The notes: generated by a model not told the origin, from the sequence alone. A stretch of DNA of 64,000 nucleotides from Patescibacteria group bacterium (GCA_022709865.1 JAKLIA010000002.1:210183-274182), one strand, 5' to 3'. Shown: positions 49,866 through 60,509, counted from the first letter of the stretch. Numbers and translations: made by a program.

Positions 49866-50744
49866 CTATAAATATAATTCTTGGAATTGATCAATCGTAT
49901 ATTTTCCAAAACAATAACATGATTTTTCTTTGCACACCTCCGGCTTGCTGTATAAAGAAAAGTTATTTTTTAAGATATTGCCCAAATAACCATTTTTGCT
50001 TCTGACCGATGGGATACAACGAAAAGCTTTGCCGTCTGGATGCAAAAATACATACTTATACCCGCAATCGCACATTTTCCCCTTAGTATTTATTATCTTT
50101 TTAAGATTACTGGCCGACCTTATTGTTCTGCCTGATTTATAATTTATCTGCCTAATTATTTTCTGTTCATCTTGAGAATATTTATAAAATTGGTTTTTTT
50201 TATCTCTTAATAATAACAGCTTAAAAAACGGGATACCATTTTGCTGAAATTTTTCACTAATTTGCTTTAAATAATTCAGTTTCATAGGCAAGGCAACCGA
50301 ATAAATATTATAATTCTGAAAATCAGGGAAACTTTTTTTAAGTTCCAATATTTTCTTAATAAATGGATCTGGATCGGAATGCTCCAGATGGAGGCTAATA
50401 TTAAAAAAAACTAATCTCTTATTTGTTATTTTTAAAAATTTTTTTAAATCGCTTATCGGCGCAGAAAAATTAGTAAAAACAGAAATTGTATACCCCGCCT
50501 TAACCAGCTTACTTGTTATATTTAAAAAATCGGGGTGGGAAAATGGTTCCCCGCCCACAATATTAAAATTCCAGCCCCTTGGTATGTGTTTTAAAAAATT
50601 TTTTAAATATAAATCAAAAAATTTCATATTATAACCAGCCGATTTAATTGAATCATCAATACTGCAATAGCTACAGCGATAATTGCAGCCATCAGTAATT
50701 GACCACTCTACCATTCCTGGAGTATTTTTCTTATTTATTCTCAT
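49866..50744 (-). CDS. Radical SAM protein (second subfamily, tandem duplicate B)
   Basis: CNYRCSYC, VGGEPFSHPDF, and a C-terminal Cys cluster; paralog of 48955..49824. Confidence 0.7.
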   Translation of the reverse strand: MRINKKNTPGMVEWSITDGCNYRCSYCSIDDSIKSAGYNMKFFDLYLKNFLKHIPRGWNFNIVGGEPFSHPDFLNITSKLVKAGYTISVFTNFSAPISDLKKFLKITNKRLVFFNISLHLEHSDPDPFIKKILELKKSFPDFQNYNIYSVALPMKLNYLKQISEKFQQNGIPFFKLLLLRDKKNQFYKYSQDEQKIIRQINYKSGRTIRSASNLKKIINTKGKMCDCGYKYVFLHPDGKAFRCIPSVRSKNGYLGNILKNNFSLYSKPEVCKEKSCYCFGKYTIDQFQELYL

Positions 50745-50750
50745 AATTAG

Positions 50751-51428
50751 CTAATTGCACGTAATTAGTTTAGGCTTAGACTCGCTACCTTCAACGCAAA
50801 CTGCAATTTTATATCCCGGATAAAGATCATACACCCAAAAGCGCCAACTTTGTTTTTTAAATCTTGAATATAATTTAATTTTATTATTCCTAAGCTCAAA
50901 ATAAAAATTTTTTAACGAATAAGATAATCCCCTGCCTTTGGCCTTAATAAGGGATTCTTTGAGTGTCCAGATTTGATAAAAACTTTCTAGCTCTTTGCCT
51001 TTCTGCGAATGCACAAATTTCGTTTCTTTTTTATGGAAATAATCGCCAGCAATTTTAAGGTCGATCGGTCTCATTTCTTCAATATCAATCCCAACTCTGC
51101 TGTCAGCGATAGCCAGCACAACCCTTTTACCAGAATGCGATAAATTAAAATCGAAATTTTTATTTTTTGGATAGACTAACAATGGCCGCCCGTATTTATT
51201 TGTTTTAAAAACTATATCTTCGGCTTTAATTTTAAGTTGCGTCGCAATTATTTTTCTAGTTAAATATTTGCCGGCAATATATAAATTACGGCTATTTTTA
51301 TCCTTAAAAAAACCCGCCTTTTTTATTTCTTCCGCCGATAAAGCTTGCAATTTATTCTTATTTTTTTTGTCATTAATTTTATGAACAAATATTTTTAGCA
51401 TAAAATATCGGCTATTTAATTCAAACAA
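50751..51428 (-). CDS. Sfp-type 4'-phosphopantetheinyl transferase
   Basis: FNLSHSG, GIDIEEM and WTLKESLIKAKG motifs; 225 aa. Confidence 0.8.
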   Translation of the reverse strand: MFELNSRYFMLKIFVHKINDKKNKNKLQALSAEEIKKAGFFKDKNSRNLYIAGKYLTRKIIATQLKIKAEDIVFKTNKYGRPLLVYPKNKNFDFNLSHSGKRVVLAIADSRVGIDIEEMRPIDLKIAGDYFHKKETKFVHSQKGKELESFYQIWTLKESLIKAKGRGLSYSLKNFYFELRNNKIKLYSRFKKQSWRFWVYDLYPGYKIAVCVEGSESKPKLITCN

Positions 51429-52492
51429 CTTTTTATAATTTTACAAACCTTCTCAACTCTTGTTTTGCTTAAACCGCAATAAAGCGGCAAACAGATCATT
51501 CTTTTGGCTATATCCTCCGCAACAGGAGCAGCTTGTTCGCCAAAAAAAGTAAAAGCATTTAATGAGGGGTAAAAAAACCTCTCTGGAAAAATATTATTTT
51601 TATGTAGCTGCTTTAGCGCCTTTAATAATATGGCTTCGGATGAAAAAATAACGGGATAATATGAAAAATTATAACTTGTATTTTTCTTTATTTTAGGTTT
51701 TTCAAGGTTCGTATTATTTAATAATTTATCGTAAAGATGCGTCCACTTTTTTCTGTCGTTAATAATTTTATGTGTTTTAGGCAAAATTGTTAAACCCAGG
51801 GCAGCGTTTAATTCTGAACTTTTAGCGTTGATACCTATTGAAACAAACTCTCTTTTGTCCGATAAGCCAAAATGCCTCATTTGCTTGATCTTTTCTGCGA
51901 TCTTATCATTACCGGTTATAATTGCCCCGCCTTCAGCCATATGAAATAGCTTAGTTTCATTAAAACTAACAGTTGAGATGTCTCCAAAATCAAAAACTGA
52001 TCTGCCTTTATATTTAACCCCAAAAGCATGCGACCCGTCATATATCACTTTTAATCTATATTTTTTTGCTATTTGATGTATTTTTTCCATTTCACAGGGA
52101 TAACCAAAAAGATGCACAGGAAGAATCGCTTTGGTTCTAGGGGTAATTTTATCTTCTATTTTTTTAGGATCAATCGTTAAGTTCATTTCATTTATATCTA
52201 CAAATACCGGCACACATCCTTGCCACTCAATTGCTGATGGAGTCGCAATAAAAGAAAGCGGCGCGGTAATAATTTCTCCTTGCAAATCCAAAGCTTTAAT
52301 GGCCAATTGAATAGCCATAGTCCCGCTGCTTACTAAAAACAAATGCTTTACGCCTAGATACTTTTTTAATTTAACTTCCAATTCTCTGACCATAGGACCA
52401 TCATTTGCCACTTGTTTATTGCGCCAAATTCTACGAAGATATATGTTATATTTCTTGAAATTGGGTAGGAAAACTTTGACTTTATTGTCCAT
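51416..52492 (-). CDS. DegT/DnrJ/EryC1/StrS family PLP-dependent (sugar) aminotransferase
   Basis: SSGTMAIQLAIKAL and SFNETKLFHMAEGGAI (PLP lysine region); 358 aa. Confidence 0.8.
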   Translation of the reverse strand: MDNKVKVFLPNFKKYNIYLRRIWRNKQVANDGPMVRELEVKLKKYLGVKHLFLVSSGTMAIQLAIKALDLQGEIITAPLSFIATPSAIEWQGCVPVFVDINEMNLTIDPKKIEDKITPRTKAILPVHLFGYPCEMEKIHQIAKKYRLKVIYDGSHAFGVKYKGRSVFDFGDISTVSFNETKLFHMAEGGAIITGNDKIAEKIKQMRHFGLSDKREFVSIGINAKSSELNAALGLTILPKTHKIINDRKKWTHLYDKLLNNTNLEKPKIKKNTSYNFSYYPVIFSSEAILLKALKQLHKNNIFPERFFYPSLNAFTFFGEQAAPVAEDIAKRMICLPLYCGLSKTRVEKVCKIIKSCLN

Positions 52493-52504
52493 AATAGATT
52501 CCGG

Positions 52505-55500
52505 TTATAAATTAGAAATCTTAACTGTTGGATGCGATATGACTCTTTCTAATAACTTACCGTATTGGCTAAGCCATTTTTTTATAGTTTTTTGTTTAAA
52601 TAAATTTTTATTATAAAAAAAACTAATAATCATTCTGTCTTCCTGCTCGACAATAGCGCATTTAAGATCGAATTTATTATGCTCAGGATAAACAGGAAGG
52701 TGATCAATATCAATTCCGTTAAGCTTAAAGTTTATTCTATTTTTGCTAGCTAGTTGAAAGAATATTTCGGATGAACGTTTTTTGTCATCAATAGGCTTCT
52801 TTAATTTTTCTATTAATCTACTGTAAGAATAATTAGAATTAGCCAAACCATCAATAACCGTTTTATTGCTTTCTGCCAACGCCTCAATAAAGCTCAACTT
52901 TCCTCTCAAGTTGCTTCTAAGGGCTATTATTGTTATAAATAGCCCTATCAAAGATTGTAATTCTTCGCTGTTACGATTAGTGCACGGGGTTTTAATTATA
53001 AGGTCTCTTTGCTTTGTAGTCTTATAAAGAAAAACGCTGAATACAGAAAACATAAAAGCAAAAAGAGTAACATTCCGCTCGCCACAAAACTGCGCAATCT
53101 TTTTTATCGCTATTTTATTTATTTCTATTGATTCTTTATTAACTAAATTCTTTTTATTTGCCCCCATTGCTTTATCAACCGGTAACTCGACAATCGGGAA
53201 ACCATCTTTAAATTGATCCAGCCAGTATTTTTCCTGTGATTCCAAAATAATTTTGCTTTCCGCTGAATTTTCGTAATTAGCATAATCTTTGTATTGTATT
53301 AATAAAGGCTTCAGAGGGCTTAATCTTTTTTCAGTAAAAGCGTTGTATAAAACCGATAGTTCTCTGAAAAAAATATCCAAAGACCAAAGATCGATAATCA
53401 AATGATGGAAAACAAAAATTAAAAATGATTCCTTATTTTTAAGCTTGATCAATACCAATCTAAATAAATTGCCTGATTCTAATTTGAATTTATGCTCAAT
53501 AATTCCTTTTATTATCAAGTTTAAATTATTTTTTTTATTGTGCTTTTTGTTCGTTAGATCAATAATCTTAAAAAAATCTTCCTTAGCCGACCTTCTAATT
53601 ATTTGCATCGGTTCGTTATCAATTTCTTTAAAATTAGTCCGCAGAGATTCATGCCGATTAATAACTTCTTTTAGCGCCTTACTAAATAATTCTGCGTTTA
53701 AATTACCAGTTAGCTTTAATAATAAAGATTCATTAAGCAGTGGGTTTTTTTCAGCCTTATTAAAACGCCAAAATTCAACTTGAGACCTAGATAGATTATA
53801 ATATTTTTTTTGTTTTAGCAGCTTGGTATTATTTTGATTAAATACACGATCTTTTTCTTCGTTAATTTTTTTTGCCAATTCCTTTATTGTTGGATCCCTA
53901 AAAATATCCCTAATTGCAATATCTTTATTTATAATATGTTTAATTTTTGATTTCACCTGAATAACATTCAGCGAGTTTCCCCCGATTTCAAAAAAATTAT
54001 CATTAATACCAATATCCTTGATACCTAGTACTTCCTCCCAGACTATAGCTAGTTGTTTTTGGATTTCGGTCTCGGCCGGTGCATATGGGGTTAACATTTC
54101 GGGGCGAGGCCGAAAAACAGAAGAAATTGATGTTCTTTGATTATTTTTTGTTTTAAATAATAAATTACTTGTTTGGGTTTTATTTACTGCCAATATCACT
54201 TTCTGGCCCGATCCTCTGTTTAGGCCTAAAAGATTAATGTGGTCGTATCCATTGGCAATTAATAACTCTTGCCATTTAGCGGCTGTTAAATTAGGAGAAT
54301 ATTTTATCCTATTTTCTTCATCTTCATAAAGCCACCAGCCTTTTGTCAGGCCAAAAGTCATCGTAGCGTATTCATTAAAATCAGTATTCTCGTTAATAAT
54401 CAATAAGCCACCCGGCTTAAGGAGCCCGTTTATTTGATTAAGAGACTTACCGATATTTTTAGTCGCATGAATAATATTAGAAGCTAAAACAATATCAAAA
54501 GCAGGACAATTAAAGCCCTGGCCTACCAAGTCTTTTTCTATATCCAAAATCCGGTAATCAACAAACCGATATTTTTGACTAAACCTTTTTTTTGCTTGCC
54601 CAATAAGCTCCTTACTAATATCAGTTAAACAAAAGTTTATTTTATTTTTTTTACTTTTAATACCTTCAAGGATTGTGCTAGAAGTAGCTCCTGTGCCCGA
54701 ACCTATTTCCAAAATCTCTATTTTTTTCTCCGGAAATTGCCTGATTATTTCAACAAGATAATGCTTTAAAACTTTGCCGATAAATCTAAACTGCTCCTTG
54801 GCTGTTTTTCCTTCCTTATAAAAATTATCCAGCAATTTCGTTCTGCCTTGATTAAAAATAATTTCCGTAGCTATTTTTTTCCCGGTTAAAACTTCCGGGT
54901 AGCCCTCAAGGCAACTCAAAAAGAATCTCAAAGCAGCCGGATTATTTTTAACCAACCGTATTTCTTCTTCTTTTATTTTTCCCTTAGCCGCTTCTTGAAC
55001 GCAAACTTTATCTGTAGTAAAAAATATATCAGATTTTTCTTTTAGATATCCTCCTTTAACAAAAATATAAAGCAAAGCATCCAACAATCGGTAATACTCT
55101 GGAATAATGCCGATTTTTTTTATAATGCTGGCTTTATTGTATTTTTCTCTTGCTACTTTAAACAAGCCTAAACGCTGAAAGACTCTAAGCAAAGACTGGC
55201 TGGCAAATAAAGAAAAATTCCTGGACATTTTTTGTTGCCGCTCAATCAATTTTTGGCTCCCTAATCCCGAACATCTTTGCAAAAGCGACAAACGAAACAA
55301 GGCTAATTGCAAAATATTAAAAAGGATCGTTTGTTTTTGTTTTTCTAAATCGATTTCGGCAACCATTACTTGGTTTATTTTGGCAGACAAAACCCTACCT
55401 AACGCACCAATTCCATCCTGGCAACAAATCGAGTACCCACCTAAAAAAGCATCTTTATTGTGGCCCCAATAGCCCCAATTGATTATTTTTACCGGCAAAC

Positions 55501-58500
55501 CCTTGGCGTATTTTAAATACAAAGCGAAGTTATCTTCAAATGACGAAGCAGCAACATAATTGCTCCGGCCGACAGACCCAATAAGAGAAACGACTGAAGA
55601 ATAAAACAACAAAAAATCCAAAGGCTCTTTTTGTTTTTCGATGATTGCTTTATATAGGGAAAAACATCCGCTAACTTTAGATTGAAAAACTTTATCAGAC
55701 TGGCTTTCCTTTGTGTTTTCAAATGAACCTTCATTCATTTCTCCTGCTGCATGAATAATGCCATTTATTTCGCCGTATTTTTCTTTAGTAAAGCTCAATG
55801 CTCCGCGCATAGCGCTTGTCCTAGCGACGTCAGCTTGGAAATAACTGCCGTGTCCGCCTAATTTTTCTATTTCGGCCAATTTTCCATCTATTTCTTTATT
55901 TTGGTTTTTTCTACCCACCAAGACTATATTAGCTTTGGCTTCTACGGCAAAATGTTTCGCTGTTTCAAAACCGAGATTGCCCGTTCCGCCGATTATTAAA
56001 TAGGTGCCGCCGCGCTTCAACGCCACAGCTTTTTGATTATTATCTTTAAGCAAATCAACGGATTCAATCCGTTTTACATATGTTTGGCTACCCCTTATAG
56101 ACAATTCTGAGCCAGATAATTCAAAAGCCGGGTCCACCAAAAGGTCAAACCTAAAAGCATTGCGGCTTTTTCTGCTTTCTAATTCTTCCCTTTTTATATC
56201 TATACAGCTGACAATAATCGAAGGATTTTCCCGGGCTATTGCTTTAGCCAAACCGACAATGGATGAAGAATAAGGATACAAATTTGCAATACTGTCAGAA
56301 TTTGATAAATAATTTAAATTATTGGTAAGAATCTTCAATTCTAAAAAGTCCGCTCCGGAACACCCCTTCTTTAAACCCGACGGGCCAACAGCTTTCATCA
56401 ACTTTAATAATGACCCTGCTCCATAATCTTGAACTTTTTTCAATTCCGACTCTGACTCAACTTCTGGTTTGTCGTTTAATTGCAGCCCCCCTAAATGATA
56501 GATGGCTGAAACAGGCGATAATCGCCGCCAAGCTTTTTCATAATCTTTCTGATCCTTAAAATCTATTTCAAAAATATCCGACGACAATTTTTTGAATCGA
56601 TTTCCTAAGATTATCTGCTTCACTCCGATCTTTTTCCCGACATAATACTTAGCTATCCTTTTTGCCAAACAAAAATCATTCTGATGACTAACGATCAAAA
56701 CGCTGCCCTGCTCCATCATGATGCCCTTATATACTTTTTCTGTTTCCCGCCAGACTGGTTGATAAAATATTTTTTCAGATATCTGCTCCGCTCTTTCAGT
56801 TTCAACTGATTTGAGCAAAAACTGGCTATCGATTATTTTATTTTCCTCTGGCCAATATCTCTGCCGTTCAAAAGGATAGGTTGGCAGAGGGATTCTAAGT
56901 CTTCGTTCGTTCTGGTAAAGAGACAACCAATCAACCCTGGCTCCCTGAAGCCAGAAAGAAGAAAGCCTGGTTAGGTCCTGGGTGGTCTGGGCCTGCTTAG
57001 TCGCTTGGTTAACTTTCTCTAGGTCCTTCACGCTGTCGCTGGCCTGGCCCAAGGAGAAGCTGTTCTTTAATCCTTTGATTGCTTCCTTCAGGTTATTCTT
57101 CACTGCTACTGCCAAGCGGTGGTTGAACTCCGCTCTCCCTACTTGCAGGGTGTAAGCCACGTCAGCCAGGTTGAGGTTAGGGTTAGCTTCTAGGTGCTTA
57201 ATGAGATTAAGTCTCATCTGTTCCAGGGCGGTTTCTGTTTTGGCAGAGAGGATTAGAAGCTGTTGGTCTTGGCCTTTATCTGAGGGGATGGGAGTGGGAG
57301 CTTCTTCTAAGATGACGTGGGCGTTGGTGCCGCCGATGCCAAAAGAGCTGACTCCGGCTCTAAGAGGAGTCTCTGGGTTAAGCCGCTTCCAGGGGGTAGG
57401 TTTGGTTACTACGTAGAAGGGGCTATTCTTAAAGTCTATCTTGGGATTGGGTTTGGTATAGTTGATGCTGGCTGGGATAAGCTTATGCTGCAAAGCTAGG
57501 ACGGTCTTGATGAAACCGGCTACGCCGGCAGCGGTATCGGTATGGCCAATGTTGGATTTAACTGAACCGAGGCCGCAGTATTGTTTCTTGTCTGTGGCAA
57601 AGGCTCTAGTGAGAGCTTCTACTTCTATTGGGTCGCCAAGCTTGGTAGCGGTGCCATGGGCTTCTACGTAGGTGATGGTTTCGGGAATCACCTGAGCAAG
57701 ATTTAAAGCATCTTCAATTACTCTTTTTTGCCCTTCAATGCTGGGAGCAGTATATCCTATTTTATTATGACCATCATTATTAATAGCCGAACCTTTAATA
57801 ACTGCCAAGATATTATCTCCGTCAGCCACGGCGTCTGCCAAGCGCTTTAAAACCACAACTCCGAGGCCGTCGCTAAAAATCGTGCCGCTAGATTCGGAAT
57901 CAAAAGCCCGGCAATGCCCGTCAGAAGACAAAACAGCCCCGTCCTCAAAAACATAACCGCGTTTTTGAGGATAAGCTATGCTTACCCCACCGGCCAAGGC
58001 AATATCCGTCTCCCCAGCCAACAACCCCTGGCAAGCATAATAAATTGTCACTAAAGAAGTTGAGCAGGCGGTATTAATAGAAACAGCCGGACCGGACAGA
58101 TTAAGGTCATAAGCAATTTTTGTTGATAAAAAATCCTTATTAATGGCTTGGTTTATTTCCAGCTTGTTGAGCCGATTGCCGCCAGCCTGATTATAGCTGA
58201 TTATCTTGTTTTCCCAATTAGTATTATTTTTTGCTCCGGCATAAACACCGATTAGCCCATGATATGCTTTTGGATCGCAACCGGCATTTTCCAGCGCCTC
58301 CCAACAGGATTCATAAAACAGCCTGATCTGCGGATCAGTGGCAATGGCTTCATTAATATTTTTGCCGAAAAAATCAGCCGCAAAATATTCAACGCCGCCA
58401 ATCAAACCCCTAGACCGAACATAATTAGTTTTTTTTATCTCTTCTTCCTTTTCTCCGGCCAAAATCAATTCTTCAGGACTAAAAACAGTTAAGGTTTCCC

Positions 58501-58639
58501 TGCTTGATTTTAGATTTTGCCAAAACTCCTGGCCGCTGGCAGCGCCCGGAAACCTTAATGAAAATCCGATGACCGCTATTTGCAAATCCAACGAATTCTC
58601 TGTTTTATTTTTTCCCCTGTCTGATCCTTTTGATTTCAT
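52505..58639 (-). CDS. Hybrid PKS/NRPS megasynthase: KS - KR - methyltransferase - carrier protein - condensation domain (AT-less module)
   Basis: KS motifs INTACSTSLV, EAHGTATKLGDPIE and NIGHTDTAAGVAG, followed by the post-KS linker PTYPFERQRYW. KR motifs GTYLIIGGTGNLG and YSSV...SNYVAASSF. Methyltransferase LEIGSGTGATS. Carrier motif FFEIGGNSL. C domain HHLIIDLWS. 2044 aa. Confidence 0.85.
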   Translation of the reverse strand: MKSKGSDRGKNKTENSLDLQIAVIGFSLRFPGAASGQEFWQNLKSSRETLTVFSPEELILAGEKEEEIKKTNYVRSRGLIGGVEYFAADFFGKNINEAIATDPQIRLFYESCWEALENAGCDPKAYHGLIGVYAGAKNNTNWENKIISYNQAGGNRLNKLEINQAINKDFLSTKIAYDLNLSGPAVSINTACSTSLVTIYYACQGLLAGETDIALAGGVSIAYPQKRGYVFEDGAVLSSDGHCRAFDSESSGTIFSDGLGVVVLKRLADAVADGDNILAVIKGSAINNDGHNKIGYTAPSIEGQKRVIEDALNLAQVIPETITYVEAHGTATKLGDPIEVEALTRAFATDKKQYCGLGSVKSNIGHTDTAAGVAGFIKTVLALQHKLIPASINYTKPNPKIDFKNSPFYVVTKPTPWKRLNPETPLRAGVSSFGIGGTNAHVILEEAPTPIPSDKGQDQQLLILSAKTETALEQMRLNLIKHLEANPNLNLADVAYTLQVGRAEFNHRLAVAVKNNLKEAIKGLKNSFSLGQASDSVKDLEKVNQATKQAQTTQDLTRLSSFWLQGARVDWLSLYQNERRLRIPLPTYPFERQRYWPEENKIIDSQFLLKSVETERAEQISEKIFYQPVWRETEKVYKGIMMEQGSVLIVSHQNDFCLAKRIAKYYVGKKIGVKQIILGNRFKKLSSDIFEIDFKDQKDYEKAWRRLSPVSAIYHLGGLQLNDKPEVESESELKKVQDYGAGSLLKLMKAVGPSGLKKGCSGADFLELKILTNNLNYLSNSDSIANLYPYSSSIVGLAKAIARENPSIIVSCIDIKREELESRKSRNAFRFDLLVDPAFELSGSELSIRGSQTYVKRIESVDLLKDNNQKAVALKRGGTYLIIGGTGNLGFETAKHFAVEAKANIVLVGRKNQNKEIDGKLAEIEKLGGHGSYFQADVARTSAMRGALSFTKEKYGEINGIIHAAGEMNEGSFENTKESQSDKVFQSKVSGCFSLYKAIIEKQKEPLDFLLFYSSVVSLIGSVGRSNYVAASSFEDNFALYLKYAKGLPVKIINWGYWGHNKDAFLGGYSICCQDGIGALGRVLSAKINQVMVAEIDLEKQKQTILFNILQLALFRLSLLQRCSGLGSQKLIERQQKMSRNFSLFASQSLLRVFQRLGLFKVAREKYNKASIIKKIGIIPEYYRLLDALLYIFVKGGYLKEKSDIFFTTDKVCVQEAAKGKIKEEEIRLVKNNPAALRFFLSCLEGYPEVLTGKKIATEIIFNQGRTKLLDNFYKEGKTAKEQFRFIGKVLKHYLVEIIRQFPEKKIEILEIGSGTGATSSTILEGIKSKKNKINFCLTDISKELIGQAKKRFSQKYRFVDYRILDIEKDLVGQGFNCPAFDIVLASNIIHATKNIGKSLNQINGLLKPGGLLIINENTDFNEYATMTFGLTKGWWLYEDEENRIKYSPNLTAAKWQELLIANGYDHINLLGLNRGSGQKVILAVNKTQTSNLLFKTKNNQRTSISSVFRPRPEMLTPYAPAETEIQKQLAIVWEEVLGIKDIGINDNFFEIGGNSLNVIQVKSKIKHIINKDIAIRDIFRDPTIKELAKKINEEKDRVFNQNNTKLLKQKKYYNLSRSQVEFWRFNKAEKNPLLNESLLLKLTGNLNAELFSKALKEVINRHESLRTNFKEIDNEPMQIIRRSAKEDFFKIIDLTNKKHNKKNNLNLIIKGIIEHKFKLESGNLFRLVLIKLKNKESFLIFVFHHLIIDLWSLDIFFRELSVLYNAFTEKRLSPLKPLLIQYKDYANYENSAESKIILESQEKYWLDQFKDGFPIVELPVDKAMGANKKNLVNKESIEINKIAIKKIAQFCGERNVTLFAFMFSVFSVFLYKTTKQRDLIIKTPCTNRNSEELQSLIGLFITIIALRSNLRGKLSFIEALAESNKTVIDGLANSNYSYSRLIEKLKKPIDDKKRSSEIFFQLASKNRINFKLNGIDIDHLPVYPEHNKFDLKCAIVEQEDRMIISFFYNKNLFKQKTIKKWLSQYGKLLERVISHPTVKISNL
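56850..57245. repeat. Intra-cluster repeat: post-KS region duplicated between the two PKS modules
   Basis: 57061-57245 is ~98% identical at nucleotide level to 63821-64000. The adjoining 56850-57000 is ~80% identical to 63610-63760. Confidence 0.8.
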
Positions 58640-60509
58640 TTAGCCTGTTTTTGAAAATTGTCCGCTGTTTTATTTTTTCCACACCAATATCGACCCGTCC
58701 CGATAAAAACTCCTGAAACGATTTTATGGTGCCATATTCAAACATCTTAATTACCGGCGCCGCCACGCCCAGGCGCTTCTCTATCTTTGAAAAAACTTTA
58801 ATTAGCTTTAATGAATTGCCGCCCAGGTCAAAAAAATTATCATTAACCCCGATCTTTTTTACGCCCAAAACTTCCTGCCAGATAGCAGCTAATTGTTTTT
58901 CCAGCTCTGTTTTTGGAGGTTGATATTTATTCTTGCTGACAAGCTGGTCTTTATCTGGCTCAGGTAAAGCTAATAAATCTAGTTTACCATTAACATTCAA
59001 GGGAAACTTTTCTAGCTCAATAAAAAAAGCCGGCACCATATAATCCGGTAAAATAGCTTTCAGGCGTTTTTTTATTTCATCTCGGCTTATTTTTTTATTT
59101 TTTCTGACAACATAATAGGCGATGAGATAATTTTCTTCCGTTTCCTTGCCCTGATTGTCTTTTTCTTTTTTTGCCACGACCAACGAACTTTTTATTTCTG
59201 GGCATTTATTTAGTTGGGTGTTTATTTCTCCGGGTTCTATGCGATTGCCCCTGATTTTAACCTGATGGTCAGCCCGAGAAAGATAAACGATATTCCCGTC
59301 TACCAATCTTTTCACCAAATCACCGGTCCGGTATATCCTTTCCCCTTTTATAAAAGGGTGAGGCAAAAAAACTTCTTTAGTTTTTTCCGGCAAGTTAAGA
59401 TAGCCCTTAGCTAAACCTCTGCCTGAAATGTAGAGTTCGCCAGGAACGCCCGGAGGCAAAAGCTTTAAGTTCTTATCTAGAACAAAAACTTTATTGTTTA
59501 AAGTTGGTTTTCCTTCAACGATTACCTGAATATTCTTATTAAAGGGTACCGGGCTAAATAAAGTCATGCCTGAACACTCAGTTTGGCCATAAGCATTGAA
59601 CAGCTTGATCTTAGGATAACGGCAATAGAACCGGCTGGCTGTGACAGTTCCTAACTTTGAGGCAGCAATAAATACTTCTTTTAAAGATTTTAACGGGTAT
59701 TTTTTCTTTGGATTTTCATCAATAATTTCTAGATAGGCTTCCAGCAGCGGAACACTTATTTCCAGAACATTAACTCTGGTGTCATCTATTTTTTTAAACA
59801 AAAGCTCTGGATTGTTAATCGTCCCCTCATCAAAAAGAACCAGCTTGCCGCCAAAAGCCAAGGCTGAATATATTTGCAACGGAGTCGTAATAAACCCGAT
59901 CGTGCCATTATGGCACAAAACACTCCCAGAGTTAATTCTTAGCATTTTTTGGCGATGAAAAAGCTGATTAACAATTCCCTGATGATACAGCATTACTCCC
60001 TTGGGCCGGCCGGTGGAGCCAGAAGTATAAAGAATATAAGCCAAATCATCCGGCTTTATTTTTCTATTTAAATCCGACTTATCAATTTGCTTTTCATTAG
60101 GCTCTTTTTTATCCAGCTCAAGGACCAAGTGCCCCTTCTTTTTTCCAAGTTTCTGTTCTACTTGTTCCCGCAACTGAGCAGAAGTAATGATAATGCCAGC
60201 CTTGGTGTCAGCCAGCATAAAGTCAATTCTTTCTTGAGGATAGTCTATGTTTATCGGCTGACTAATGCCGCCGGCTTTAAGTACTGCTAGGTCCGCCACA
60301 ATAAAAAACATCGAGCGATTAAGCATGACCCCAACATAATCCCCCTTTTTTAATCCTTGGCTAACCAGCTTTTTGGCCAAGCAATTGGCCAGACCATTTA
60401 ATTCCCGATAAGTTATTTTCTGGCCCTTAAAATCCAAAGCAATATTATTTGGATTTTTTTTAGCTTGCTCTTCAAATAGCTGATGGATCGTCTTGCGGAG
60501 GAAAAGCAT
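58605..60509 (-). CDS. NRPS adenylation domain plus peptidyl carrier protein
   Basis: A3 motif YILYTSGSTGRPKGVM, A7/A8 motifs YRTGDLVKRL and VKIRGNRIEPGEI, and PCP motif FFDLGGNSL; 634 aa; start overlaps the upstream gene end. Confidence 0.85.
   Translation of the reverse strand: MLFLRKTIHQLFEEQAKKNPNNIALDFKGQKITYRELNGLANCLAKKLVSQGLKKGDYVGVMLNRSMFFIVADLAVLKAGGISQPINIDYPQERIDFMLADTKAGIIITSAQLREQVEQKLGKKKGHLVLELDKKEPNEKQIDKSDLNRKIKPDDLAYILYTSGSTGRPKGVMLYHQGIVNQLFHRQKMLRINSGSVLCHNGTIGFITTPLQIYSALAFGGKLVLFDEGTINNPELLFKKIDDTRVNVLEISVPLLEAYLEIIDENPKKKYPLKSLKEVFIAASKLGTVTASRFYCRYPKIKLFNAYGQTECSGMTLFSPVPFNKNIQVIVEGKPTLNNKVFVLDKNLKLLPPGVPGELYISGRGLAKGYLNLPEKTKEVFLPHPFIKGERIYRTGDLVKRLVDGNIVYLSRADHQVKIRGNRIEPGEINTQLNKCPEIKSSLVVAKKEKDNQGKETEENYLIAYYVVRKNKKISRDEIKKRLKAILPDYMVPAFFIELEKFPLNVNGKLDLLALPEPDKDQLVSKNKYQPPKTELEKQLAAIWQEVLGVKKIGVNDNFFDLGGNSLKLIKVFSKIEKRLGVAAPVIKMFEYGTIKSFQEFLSGRVDIGVEKIKQRTIFKNRLNEIKRIRQGKK

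Noticed and set aside
53445-53783. 112-aa plus-strand ORF
   Set aside because: Antisense within the PKS/NRPS gene.
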